From positions 3,043 through 67,042 of the forward strand of contig SCUO01000100.1 in the NCBI GenBank assembly GCA_004297395.1: 64,000 bases of DNA, read 5' to 3'. This document shows positions 43,149-52,266 of the stretch, piece after piece. The translations under genes were made by a program, and so were the position numbers. The DNA comes from Chloroflexota bacterium (lineage in GTDB: Bacteria > Chloroflexota > Limnocylindria > Limnocylindrales > CSP1-4). Numbering within the stretch: position 1 is the stretch's first letter; each line of letters opens with the position of its first letter. The notes below the pieces were generated by a model that saw nothing but the letters and a program-made list of their open reading frames with translations, made no database searches and was not told the DNA's origin.

Positions 43149-44450
43149 ATGCTTGCCTCGAACGGGCTGCGCGGCGCGAGAACGTCGCTCGCGGCCGTCG
43201 TCGCGACGGCGGCCCTGGCGCTCGCCGGCTGCCTCGGTGGCGTGACCAGCCCATCGCCCGCGACGACGGATCCACCGGGAACCCAGGGGCCGCCCGCGAC
43301 CACCGCCACCACCCCGACGCCGACCGCGAGCCCCGGGCCGTCGGCCCCGCCCTTCGACCCCAACGCGATCTCCGTGGTCCTCGAGCCGTACGCGACGGTG
43401 ACCGGCGGTCCCCTCGCCATCACCGCGCCGGACGACGGGTCGGGCCGCATGTTCGTGGCGACCAAGGCCGGCCAGATCGTGATCGTCCGGGACGGCGCCG
43501 TCGACCCCGAGTCGATGCTCGACATCTCCGGTCTCGTGTCCACCGGCGGCGAGCAGGGCCTCCTCGGGATCGCCGTCCATCCCCAATTCCCGGATGACCC
43601 GCGGATCGTCGTCGACTACACCGATGTCGGCGGCGACGAGGTGGTCGCCACGTATCGGCTGGACCCCGCGGACCCAGACCGCCTCGACCCGGCCTCGGCC
43701 CAGATCATCCTCACCGTCGACGATCCCTTCCCCAATCACAATGGCGGGGCGGTCGGGTTCGGGCCGGACGGCTTCCTCTACGTCGCCATGGGCGACGGCG
43801 GTGGCGGCGGCGACCCGCTCGAGAGCGGCGAGCACCTCGACACGCTCCTGGGCAAGATCCTGCGCGTCGACATCGATGCGACCGGGTCCGGCGGAGCGCC
43901 CTACGCGATCCCCCCGGGCAACCCGTTCGCCAACGTCAACGGGGCGAGGCCGGAGACCTGGCTGACGGGCCTCCGCAACCCCTGGCGTTTCGCCTTCGAT
44001 CGGCTCACCGGGGACCTCTGGATCGGCGACGTGGGCCAGGGCGCCTGGGAGGAGGTCGACCTCGCTCCGGCGGGCGTGGGCGGTCTCGACTTCGGCTGGG
44101 ACCGGATGGAGGGCACGCACTGCTTCGAGCCGGAAACCGGCTGCCCGACCGAGGGCCTGACCCTGCCGGTGACGGAGTACGGCCACGACGAGGGCTGCAC
44201 GATCATCGGTGGCACGGTCTACCGCGGTACCGCCCAGCCGCTCCTCGTCGGTGGCTACCTGTTCGGCGACTACTGCACGGGCCGCCTGTGGGCGATCGCC
44301 GCGGCGGCTGCGGGCCCGACGCCCGTCGAACCGATCCGGGTCGGAACCGGCGGCGAGGGCCTTGCCGGCTTCGGCGAGGACGCCGCAGGCGAGCTCTACG
44401 CGGCCAACCTCGACGGCACGATCAGCCGGGTCATTGCGACGCCGCGGTAG
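43149..44450 (+). CDS. PQQ-dependent sugar dehydrogenase-like lipoprotein
   Basis: Lipobox LALAGC. Motifs: GEQGLLGIAVHPQF, FPNHNGGAVGFGPDGFLYVAMGDGG, GLRNPWRFAFD, GDVGQGAWEEVD. Confidence 0.85.
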   Translation: MLASNGLRGARTSLAAVVATAALALAGCLGGVTSPSPATTDPPGTQGPPATTATTPTPTASPGPSAPPFDPNAISVVLEPYATVTGGPLAITAPDDGSGRMFVATKAGQIVIVRDGAVDPESMLDISGLVSTGGEQGLLGIAVHPQFPDDPRIVVDYTDVGGDEVVATYRLDPADPDRLDPASAQIILTVDDPFPNHNGGAVGFGPDGFLYVAMGDGGGGGDPLESGEHLDTLLGKILRVDIDATGSGGAPYAIPPGNPFANVNGARPETWLTGLRNPWRFAFDRLTGDLWIGDVGQGAWEEVDLAPAGVGGLDFGWDRMEGTHCFEPETGCPTEGLTLPVTEYGHDEGCTIIGGTVYRGTAQPLLVGGYLFGDYCTGRLWAIAAAAAGPTPVEPIRVGTGGEGLAGFGEDAAGELYAANLDGTISRVIATPR

Positions 44451-44489
44451 GCGGAATGCGCCCCCCGGCGCTCAGGCGCCGACCAGCGC

Positions 44490-45359
44490 CTAGACGCCCA
44501 CCGGGTCCGTCCGACGCGCGGGCGGCGCCGGCCGAACCGGTCGAAGGTAGAGGGCCAGGATCCCGACCACGTACGCGACATGGACGACGAAGGTCAACAC
44601 CTCCGGCCTCGCGCTGTACCCGAAGATCGCCCGCAGGAACTGCCCGATCCCATCCTCGTGCGACAGGACGTTGCTGATGTCGAACGCTGTCTGGCTGCCG
44701 ACCACGGTGATTCCGGCGATCTCGGCGACCTCGATGAACTCGTGGACGGCATGCGAGAGCAGGCCGGCGGCGATGAACACCAGGGCGATGCCGGTCCAAC
44801 GGAAGAAGCGCCGGAGGTCGATGGCCCGGCTGCCCCGGTAGAAGCCCCAGCCGATGAGGACGGCCGCGCCGACGCCCACGATCGCCCCGACGAGGACGCT
44901 CCCGGCGCCTTCCTCTGCAGAGGTCGCCTGGCCGGCCAGGAAGAGGGCCGTCTCGACGCCCTCGCGGATGACCGCGGTGAAGGCCAGGACCGCCAGCCCC
45001 CAGGCCGTCCCCTCGCTCAGGACCCGGTCGACGGACGCCTGGAGCTCGCCCTTCAGGTTGATCGATTGACGACGCATCCAGAAGAGCATCCAGGTCACGA
45101 CGACGGCCGCGAGGAGCATGGCCGAGCCTTCGAAGGCCTGCTCGTAGGGCTCCGAGAACGCGCCGACGGTGCCGAAGATCGCAAGGCCGAGGGCGATGCT
45201 CACGACGATGGCGGCGCCGGAGCCCAGCCAGATCTTGGAGGCGTGGCGGCCGTTCCCGGTCCGGACGACATAGGCCAGGACGATGGCCACGATGAGCGCC
45301 GCTTCGACGCCCTCGCGGAGGCCGATCAGGAAGCCGGTGGTCAGGTTGCCGAGGTCCAC
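44490..45359 (-). CDS. FTR1/EfeU-family high-affinity iron permease
   Basis: Two REGxE motifs (GLREGVEAAL and VIREGVETAL) and 7 TM segments. Confidence 0.85.
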   Translation of the reverse strand: MDLGNLTTGFLIGLREGVEAALIVAIVLAYVVRTGNGRHASKIWLGSGAAIVVSIALGLAIFGTVGAFSEPYEQAFEGSAMLLAAVVVTWMLFWMRRQSINLKGELQASVDRVLSEGTAWGLAVLAFTAVIREGVETALFLAGQATSAEEGAGSVLVGAIVGVGAAVLIGWGFYRGSRAIDLRRFFRWTGIALVFIAAGLLSHAVHEFIEVAEIAGITVVGSQTAFDISNVLSHEDGIGQFLRAIFGYSARPEVLTFVVHVAYVVGILALYLRPVRPAPPARRTDPVGV

Positions 45360-45444
45360 GATTGACTCCTGGCTGTCGGACGCGGGCCCGGAGGGCGCGG
45401 GCGCCGGGATCAGGCGCCGGGCAAATCCTAGTGGGTCACTCGGG

Positions 45445-45454
45445 ATTGCGCAAT
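45445..45454. promoter_or_regulatory. perfect 10-bp palindrome ATTGCGCAAT upstream of the FTR1 permease gene
   Basis: Read directly. Located 86 nt upstream of the FTR1 start (45359, minus strand). Confidence 0.3.
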
Positions 45455-45501
45455 GGTCCTTGCATCGAATTCGCAGGGAACCCTGACCCGAGGCAGCGAG
45501 C

Positions 45502-45538
45502 CGTCAGGTTGACGCCCGTCAACCGTCAGGTTGACGCC
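45502..45538 (-). terminator. hairpin immediately after the aceE stop, created by a 15-nt direct repeat of the gene's own 3' end
   Basis: cgtcaggttgacgcc occurs at 45502-45516 and 45524-45538. ggttgac/gtcaacc forms a 7-bp stem one nt downstream of the TGA (45526-45528). There is no U-tract. Confidence 0.45.
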
Positions 45539-48207
45539 GGGTCCACCTTGTCCGGATCGATGCCCAGGTCGCGGATCGCCGCGGCCGCGGCCTTCGCCGT
45601 CACCGCCCCCTCCCCCGCGAGGGCCGACATCGCGGCCGCGGCGATGCTCGCGCCATCGATCTCGAAGAACGCCCGGAGGCTCTCCCGGGTGTCGCTTCGC
45701 CCGAAGCCGTCGGTGCCCAGGGCGACGAACGTCGCCGGGACCCACGGCGCGACCATCTGGGGAATGACCTTCATCCAGTCGCTGGCAGCCACGATCGGCC
45801 CGCCATCCCGACCCAGGATCTCGGTGACGTACGGAACCCGGGCCTTCGCCGCCGGGTGGAGGCGGTTCCAACGCTCGACCTCGAGGGCCTCGCGTCGGAG
45901 GAGCGGGAACGACGGCGCCGAGTAGACCTCGGCCGCCACGCCGAAGCGCTCGGCCAGGATCCGCTGGGCCTCGATGACCTGCTGCAGGATGGAGCCCGAG
46001 CCGACGAGCCGGGCCAGCTTCGCGCCCTTGCCGGCGTCGGGAGCCGCCGCGAAGCGATAGATCCCGCGGAGGATGCCCTCGTCGACACCCTCGGGCTTCG
46101 GCGCCTGGGGGTAGTTCTCGTTGTAGAGCGTGACGTAGTAGAAGACGTCCTCGCCCTTGACGTACATCCGCTCGATGCCGTCGCGGATGATCGCGGCCAG
46201 CTCGTAGGCGTAGGCCGGGTCGTACTGGCGGAGGTTCGGGACCGTCGAGGCCAGGACGTGGGTGTGGCCGTCGTCGTGCTGGAGGCCCTCGCCGGTGAGG
46301 GTCGTCCGGCCGGCCGTGGCCCCCATCAGGAAGCCGCGGGCCCGGGCGTCCGCCGCGGCCCACATCTGGTCGCCGGTCCGCTGGAAGCCGAACATCGAGT
46401 AGAAGATGTAGAACGGGATGACGGGCAGGCCGTTCGTGGCATAGGACGTCGCCGCGGCGCTGAAGCTGGCCATCGAGCCGGCCTCGGTGATCCCCTCCTC
46501 GAGGACCTGGCCGTCCTTGGCCTCGCGGTACTTCAGGACGAGCTCGGAATCGACGGGGTCGTAGCGCTGGCCGCCCGACGCGTAGATCCCGACCTCGTTG
46601 AAGAGCGGATCCATGCCAAAGGTCCGGGCCTCGTCGGGGATGATCGGCACGATCCGGGGCCCCAGGTCGGGGTCGCGGATGAGGTTCCGGAGCATCCGGG
46701 TGTAGGCCATCGTCGTGGAGACGGGCGTCGAGGAGCCGGCCGCGAACTCGGCGTCGAAGGTCTCCTTTGGTGCGGGCAGCGCGCCGCCCCGGACGACCCG
46801 CTTCGGCAGCTCGCCACCGAGCTGGCGGCGCCGTTCCTTGAGGTACTGGACCTCCTCCGAATCGGGGCCGGGGTGGTAGTACGGCGCGTCCTTGAGCCGC
46901 TCGTCCGGGATCGGCAGCTCCAGGCGGTCGCGGAAGATCCGGAGCTCCTGCTCGGACAGCTTCTTGGCCTGGTGGGTGATGTTCCGGGCCTCGACACCCG
47001 GGCCCAGGGTCCAGCCCTTGACCGTCTTGGCCAGGATCACCGTCGGGGCGCCCCGGAACTCGGTCGCCTCCTTGTAGGCGGCGTAGACCTTGCGGTAGTC
47101 GTGGCCGCCCCGCCGGAGGTGGGAGATGTCGTCGTCGGTCAGGTGCTCGACGATCCGGCGCAGCCGCGGGTCCGGCCCGAAGAAGTGCTCCCGGACGTAG
47201 GCGCCGCCGGAGACCGAGTACTTCTGGAACTCGCCGTCGAGGGTCGTGTTCATCTTCTCGACCAGCACGCCGTCGACGTCTCGGGCGAGGAGCTCGTCCC
47301 ACTCGCGACCCCAGATGACCTTGAGGACGTTCCAGCCCGAGCCGCGGAAGACGGCCTCGAGCTCCTGGATGATCTTGCCGTTGCCACGGACCGGGCCGTC
47401 GAGCCGCTGGAGGTTGCAGTTGACGACGAAGGTCAGGTTGTCGAGGCCCTCGTGAGCCGCGACATGGAGGGCGCCGAGGGCCTCGGGCTCGTCGGTCTCG
47501 CCGTCGCCGAGGAAGGCCCAGACTCGGGACTTCGAGGTGTCGAGCAGGCCCCTGTTCTCGAGGTAGCGGTTGAACCGGGCCTGGTAGATGGCCGAGATCG
47601 GGCCGAGGCCCATCGAGACCGTCGGGAACTCCCAGAAGTCGGGCATGAGCCGGGGATGCGGGTAGGACGACAGGCCGTGCTGCGGCGGCGTCTCGCGCCG
47701 GAAGTGGTCGAGCTGGTCCTCGCTGAGGCGGCCCTCGAGGAAGGCACGGGCGTAGATGCCTGGCGCGGCGTGGCCCTGGTAGAAGATCTGGTCGCCCGGC
47801 CCGTCGCCGTCCTTGCCCCGGAAGAAGTGGTTGAAGCCGACCTCGTAGAGGGTCGCCGCAGAGGCGTACGTGGCGAGATGACCGCCGATCCCGGCGAAGC
47901 GGTTGTTGGCCCGCAGGACCATGGCCACCGCATTCCAGCGGATGAGTCGCCGGATCCGCCGCTCGAGCTGCTCGTCACCCGGGAAGTACGGCTCCTGCTC
48001 GGGGCTGATCGTGTTGATGTAGCGGGTGTTGGTCAGCGGCGGCAGCCCGACCTGGCGCTGGCGGGCCCGCTTCAGGAGCTTGAACAGCAGGAACCGGGCG
48101 CGGGTCTCGCCCTCCTGGTCGAGGACATCGTCGAGCGATTCGATCCAGTCGGTCGTCTCGCGCTCGTCGATGTCGGGCAGCTGGTGCTTGAACTCGTCGA
48201 GGTACAT
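45526..48207 (-). CDS. aceE: pyruvate dehydrogenase E1 component, homodimeric type
   Basis: 893 aa. Characteristic N-terminus DIDERETTDWIESLDDVL, plus GGHLATYASAATLYEVGFNHFF, GDGETDEPE and VPYVTE. Confidence 0.95.
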   Translation of the reverse strand: MYLDEFKHQLPDIDERETTDWIESLDDVLDQEGETRARFLLFKLLKRARQRQVGLPPLTNTRYINTISPEQEPYFPGDEQLERRIRRLIRWNAVAMVLRANNRFAGIGGHLATYASAATLYEVGFNHFFRGKDGDGPGDQIFYQGHAAPGIYARAFLEGRLSEDQLDHFRRETPPQHGLSSYPHPRLMPDFWEFPTVSMGLGPISAIYQARFNRYLENRGLLDTSKSRVWAFLGDGETDEPEALGALHVAAHEGLDNLTFVVNCNLQRLDGPVRGNGKIIQELEAVFRGSGWNVLKVIWGREWDELLARDVDGVLVEKMNTTLDGEFQKYSVSGGAYVREHFFGPDPRLRRIVEHLTDDDISHLRRGGHDYRKVYAAYKEATEFRGAPTVILAKTVKGWTLGPGVEARNITHQAKKLSEQELRIFRDRLELPIPDERLKDAPYYHPGPDSEEVQYLKERRRQLGGELPKRVVRGGALPAPKETFDAEFAAGSSTPVSTTMAYTRMLRNLIRDPDLGPRIVPIIPDEARTFGMDPLFNEVGIYASGGQRYDPVDSELVLKYREAKDGQVLEEGITEAGSMASFSAAATSYATNGLPVIPFYIFYSMFGFQRTGDQMWAAADARARGFLMGATAGRTTLTGEGLQHDDGHTHVLASTVPNLRQYDPAYAYELAAIIRDGIERMYVKGEDVFYYVTLYNENYPQAPKPEGVDEGILRGIYRFAAAPDAGKGAKLARLVGSGSILQQVIEAQRILAERFGVAAEVYSAPSFPLLRREALEVERWNRLHPAAKARVPYVTEILGRDGGPIVAASDWMKVIPQMVAPWVPATFVALGTDGFGRSDTRESLRAFFEIDGASIAAAAMSALAGEGAVTAKAAAAAIRDLGIDPDKVDPAST

Positions 48208-48235
48208 CGTTGGTCTGGGGCTCCGTGGGCGGGTT

Positions 48236-48604
48236 TCAGGCGCTCGCGAGGACGCGGAGCGTGGTCGGCAGGGTGTGGGGGCGAAGCATCAATCGGAGGG
48301 CCGGATCGGCGGCGTACTTCGCCTTCAGGGCAGCGCTGCAGCGGGCGACGGAATCCGGGTCGGCGGCCGGCTCGACCCGCGCGGCGATCGTCGTCCGGCC
48401 GACCTCGAGGCCGATCTCCGGCCGGGCCACCGCCTCGCGATACCAGCGCGCGCCATCGCCGTTGACCGACCGGAGGTAGACATCCTCGCCGTCGACGACG
48501 ACCCAGATGATCGTTCGATGGGTCTCGCCCGATTCGGCGGTCGTCTCGATCTTCACTTCCTCGGCGCGCGCCAGCAGGTCGCGCTCGTCGGCGCTCAGGT
48601 TCAC
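48236..48604 (-). CDS. DUF2255 family protein
   Basis: EEVKIETTAESGETHRTIIWVVVDGEDVYLRSVNGDGARWYREA matches my memory of the DUF2255 pattern. Confidence 0.7.
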   Translation of the reverse strand: MNLSADERDLLARAEEVKIETTAESGETHRTIIWVVVDGEDVYLRSVNGDGARWYREAVARPEIGLEVGRTTIAARVEPAADPDSVARCSAALKAKYAADPALRLMLRPHTLPTTLRVLASA

Positions 48605-48944
48605 CGCCGAAGCGTAGCCGACGTCGGCTCGGGACGCGCCGTCGCGGTTGGGAGGCGCCCGAGTTACGGGGCGGGTGCATCTAGCCCGCGAGCGACGGGG
48701 TCAGTCGCGCCAATGCCACCAGAACGTCGAGGGCGACGCCGCGCGGTGGATGCCAGCCCACGCCAATCGCGCAACCTGCTGAAGAGCTTCAACGCCTGAC
48801 TCCACCCGGGCTCCGCTCGACGACCGGGCGCTCAGTCAGACCGGACTGCCAGCTGGAGGCCCGCCATCGTCCCCGCATCTCATCGAGTTCGGGCGAAAAG
48901 ACCCGGAGCCGACCGGCCCGCCGATCCCCTCGAAGCTCCCTTTA

Positions 48945-49409
48945 TCAGTACGTGCACGCGTCCAAGACGCCGTCGGCACTCTCCCCGACGGTCACGGTGA
49001 CCGCTGGTGGGTCCCTGAACTCGAAGGTCACGTCCAATCTCGGCTCGAGTCCCTGCGGGCATAGCCGCACCACTGTCGGCCGGACCTTCCAACCGACGAC
49101 CTGTGGGCCCAGCTTTGGGTCAAGTCCACGCGCGAACGCGAGAGCCACGGCTGCTTCGCAGATAGATCGTTCGACGCTGTCACAGTCTCCCACGCCAAGA
49201 TCTAGCGGCGTCGGCGTGGGGCCGACCACCAGCGTTGGAAAGGCGGTCGGCGGGGCCATGGCTGGGACCGTTGGAGCGACAGATGCAATTGGCGATGGTG
49301 AGCAGCCTCCGACCAATAGCGCTGCCGCGACAAAGGCCGCCACGAGAAAGATGCTTGTGTCGCGTTGACGCCCCACCCTTTCACCGATGTCCGCCATGAC
49401 CCGGGCCAT
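48945..49409 (-). CDS. hypothetical lipoprotein (low-GC islet)
   Basis: Lipobox LLVGGCS, a Pro/Thr linker, and four further cysteines. Starts 8 nt after the upstream gene's stop. Confidence 0.55.
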   Translation of the reverse strand: MARVMADIGERVGRQRDTSIFLVAAFVAAALLVGGCSPSPIASVAPTVPAMAPPTAFPTLVVGPTPTPLDLGVGDCDSVERSICEAAVALAFARGLDPKLGPQVVGWKVRPTVVRLCPQGLEPRLDVTFEFRDPPAVTVTVGESADGVLDACTY

Positions 49410-49417
49410 ACCTCGGG

Positions 49418-50014
49418 CTACTCAGTCGCCGCCTTGACCAGCTCGCGAAAGGCCCCCAGGTCCACAGACCAGCGACCATCTGCACTCTCAACGTTGCCAT
49501 CTGTGTCGATGATGTACACCATATTCGGGGTGGATGAGTCAAGACCATCCCCCAAGTCCCGCTGCTCACCAAGGAAGATCAGTACTCTGTTGCCAGGTTC
49601 GAGGCCGGGCGGCACGAGGCCTGGATCGAAGATGAACTCCTGGTCACCAATCCGGCCGCCCAGGCGACGGATCACGATCTCTCCGCCCTGCAGGCGCGGC
49701 GCGCCTCTCAAGACCTCGACGACGCGTACCCGTACAGGCGTGAAGATAAATGCTGGGGCGCCAGGCTCCGCGGGCTCGGAAGAGTTCCACCTTGCAGACA
49801 ACTCTTCAACTACATCTGCCACGACAACGATTTCGTTTCCCGGGAATGAAGCGGCCGCGGCTGGAGAGTCGTTGAGCTCGTATCCGTCGACCCACGTCAC
49901 GCGTGAAGGCGCAGCTGGCCCCATCTCATTCCCTGCTAGGACAAACATGCCCACGAGCGTGCCGACGAGCCCAACGACAGCGAAGGCCGCCGTGGCCGTG
50001 CGGTTCGAGAACAT
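49418..50014 (-). CDS. hypothetical membrane-anchored or secreted protein (low-GC islet)
   Basis: N-terminal hydrophobic helix AAFAVVGLVGTLVGMFVLAG. A GGAGG overlaps the protease stop codon. No motif recognised. Confidence 0.6.
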   Translation of the reverse strand: MFSNRTATAAFAVVGLVGTLVGMFVLAGNEMGPAAPSRVTWVDGYELNDSPAAAASFPGNEIVVVADVVEELSARWNSSEPAEPGAPAFIFTPVRVRVVEVLRGAPRLQGGEIVIRRLGGRIGDQEFIFDPGLVPPGLEPGNRVLIFLGEQRDLGDGLDSSTPNMVYIIDTDGNVESADGRWSVDLGAFRELVKAATE

Positions 50015-50029
50015 CGCCTGCCTAGCCTC

Positions 50030-50635
50030 CTAGTAAATATTGAGGATACCGTTGATGTCGTCGCCGTTGACTACCCATCGTTTTACCCAAGCGACCGTCA
50101 TCACGGCCAATTGTTCAGCCTGCGTGTAGGGCGCTCCGCACGAGATCGGATGTGAGAGGCCAGAGGCATGGCCGACCTCATGCGTCAGGACGGTCCGAAC
50201 GTCCGTCTTCCGCTGCTGTTGGTTCATGATGCCCGTGAGGTTCCATGTGAAATCGGTGTTGAGGTGGATGTCGGATACCGTGTGGGGCTGAGTCGTCAGA
50301 TTGTTGTAGGTTAGCCCCGGGACGTCGGGGAAACCCGCGGCTGAGAAGTCCGTGGTGAATAGGTTGAAGGTCCCCACCGTGGTGGCATCGTAGTGCGGAT
50401 ACCAGTAGATCAAGTCAACATCGATGTTGTTCCAAGCATGGCGGGAAGCGCTCACCGCCGCATCCCAGGCATTGGGAATGTCGTTCCAGACCTGCAACTC
50501 TTGAGTCGAGTCTGCCCATCCGGAGATCCCATCCCTGCAGTAGCCAGCCGCGGGCTCTACGTGGGGTCCGAACGTCACCAACGCGGAGATGACTACTGCC
50601 ACACCGGTGCGCCGCAGGCGCTCCTTCGATCTCAT
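50030..50635 (-). CDS. small secreted metzincin-type zinc metalloprotease (matrixin-like HExxHxxGxxH)
   Basis: HEVGHASGLSH zinc motif, with a later Met (LAVMTV) as a possible Met-turn. In-frame ATG at 50635 with GGAGG 7 nt upstream. Signal-like N-terminus RRTGVAVVISALVTFG. Confidence 0.75.
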   Translation of the reverse strand: MRSKERLRRTGVAVVISALVTFGPHVEPAAGYCRDGISGWADSTQELQVWNDIPNAWDAAVSASRHAWNNIDVDLIYWYPHYDATTVGTFNLFTTDFSAAGFPDVPGLTYNNLTTQPHTVSDIHLNTDFTWNLTGIMNQQQRKTDVRTVLTHEVGHASGLSHPISCGAPYTQAEQLAVMTVAWVKRWVVNGDDINGILNIY

Positions 50636-51107
50636 ACGTACGCCTCCGCTCGCGGCTGAACACTCGCAACCATGGGCCGCGGCGACGGCCGATGGTCCAG
50701 CGAGTCTGCTCCTGAGCGATGGCTCGTTCAAGAGGTCAAATAGCGCGTGATACCGGGTCGCCTGCGCCGCAGCGGGCTCCGCCTCGGCCCGGCAAGGCTT
50801 CCGGCGTCTTCACCCGGCTCGCTAGCGGCGCCCAGGTGATCGCGAGCGGTCCCTTGCTTGACGGGCGGGCGTCGCCGCGGCTCTCGCAGAGGCGCGTGGT
50901 GTTCAAACGCCAACCCCAGGTGGACATCGGGCTACGACCACTGGGGAGTGTCTCGAACAGCGATCCGCAGCCGAGCAATATCAGGCCCGTCCGGGAGTCG
51001 TTCGGTGACGCGACCCGGCACAACACGACTACGTATGCCAAGACCGTGCTGTGATCAAGAACGGCAGGCGCTCGCCTCGCGTTCGACCGCTGTGCTAGCG
51101 TCGGGGC

Positions 51108-51713
51108 ATGCAGCGGTACGACCCGCGCACGGCGCTCATCGTCGTCGACGTCCAGAACGACTTCGCCGACCCGAAGGGCTCGCTGAGCGTGGCGGGGGGC
51201 GAAGCCGTGGTCGCCGTCGTGAACGGCGAGGCGGCCGCAGCCGTGGCCGCCGGTGCGTTCGTGGCGTACACCCAGGACTGGCATCCGGCCCACACCCCCC
51301 ACTTCGCCCAGGACGGCGGGATCTGGCCCGTCCACTGCGTCGGCGACGAGTGGGGCTCGGACTTCCACCCGGCCCTCGACGTCGTGGGCCCCAGCGTCCA
51401 CAAGGGTGCCAACGGCGAGGACGGCTACTCGGGCTTCACGATGCGCGACCCCGTAACCGGGATCGAGGTCCCCACGGAGCTCGACGCGCTCCTCCGGGGG
51501 CGCGGCGTGGAGCGGGTCGTCGTGTGCGGCCTGGCGACCGACTACTGCGTGAAGGCGACGGCCCTCGACGCGATCCGACTCGGCTACGGGACGACGGTCG
51601 TCCTCGACGCGATCGCGGCCGTGAATCTCAACGCCGGCGACGGCGAGCGGGCCCTCGACGAGCTCCGGGCCGCGGGCGCGGCGCTCGAGGCCTCGGACGC
51701 CCCTACGGGCTGA
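51108..51713 (+). CDS. pncA: nicotinamidase/pyrazinamidase (isochorismatase family)
   Basis: ALIVVDVQNDF, DWHP..HxHF metal site, WPVHCV, and catalytic cysteine context VVCGLATDYCV. Confidence 0.8.
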   Translation: MQRYDPRTALIVVDVQNDFADPKGSLSVAGGEAVVAVVNGEAAAAVAAGAFVAYTQDWHPAHTPHFAQDGGIWPVHCVGDEWGSDFHPALDVVGPSVHKGANGEDGYSGFTMRDPVTGIEVPTELDALLRGRGVERVVVCGLATDYCVKATALDAIRLGYGTTVVLDAIAAVNLNAGDGERALDELRAAGAALEASDAPTG

Positions 51714-51714
51714 C

Positions 51715-52260
51715 GTGGCACGCGTCCTCGGCCCGATCTTCCGCCTCGCGATCATGGGGGCCGTCGGCGCCTCGCTCCTCGACCGCTGGCTTGGCTCGCG
51801 GGCGGAGGGCCCCGATCCGATGCCCATCCGGACCTCGATCGAGATCGATGCTCCAATCGAGCGCGTCTGGGCGGTTCTCGCCGACGTCGAGCGCCAGCCT
51901 GAGTGGATGCACGATCTCCGCGAGGTCCGCCTGCTGACGCCGCCACCGGTGGGCGTCGGGACACGGGCCGTCGGGACGGTGCAGGCCCTCGGGATCGCGG
52001 TGGAGGACCCCATCGAGGTCACGGTCTTCGAGCCGCCGGTTCGCTACGCGATCCGGCACGAGGGCTTCGTGGCCGGCGGCGGCGACATCCGGCTCGTGGC
52101 CGACGGCGCGGGCGACCTCGCCACGACCCTCGTGACGTGGGAGGAGACGCTGGTCCCCCGCGTCCTCCCCCACCTCGGGGCGCTCGTGCTGGCCGCCGTC
52201 TTTCGGCCGATCTTCCAGCGCGATCTGGAACGGCTGGCCGGGCTCGTCGAGGTCGACTGA
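51715..52260 (+). CDS. SRPBCC (START/polyketide-cyclase-like) family protein
   Basis: IEIDAPIERVWAVLADVERQPEWM. GTG start 1 nt after the pncA stop. Confidence 0.8.
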   Translation: MARVLGPIFRLAIMGAVGASLLDRWLGSRAEGPDPMPIRTSIEIDAPIERVWAVLADVERQPEWMHDLREVRLLTPPPVGVGTRAVGTVQALGIAVEDPIEVTVFEPPVRYAIRHEGFVAGGGDIRLVADGAGDLATTLVTWEETLVPRVLPHLGALVLAAVFRPIFQRDLERLAGLVEVD

Positions 52261-52266
52261 CCGGCT

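Noticed and set aside
45856-48465. 869-aa plus-strand ORF antisense to aceE; likewise 34026..36635 (+), antisense to the spermidine-synthase-like gene
   Set aside because: Shadow ORFs. The opposite strands encode clearly recognisable proteins.
50719-51054. 111-aa plus-strand ORF in the spacer between the metzincin operon and pncA
   Set aside because: No Shine-Dalgarno sequence, a Pro/Arg/Ser-rich composition, and a location in a region better explained as divergent promoter DNA.
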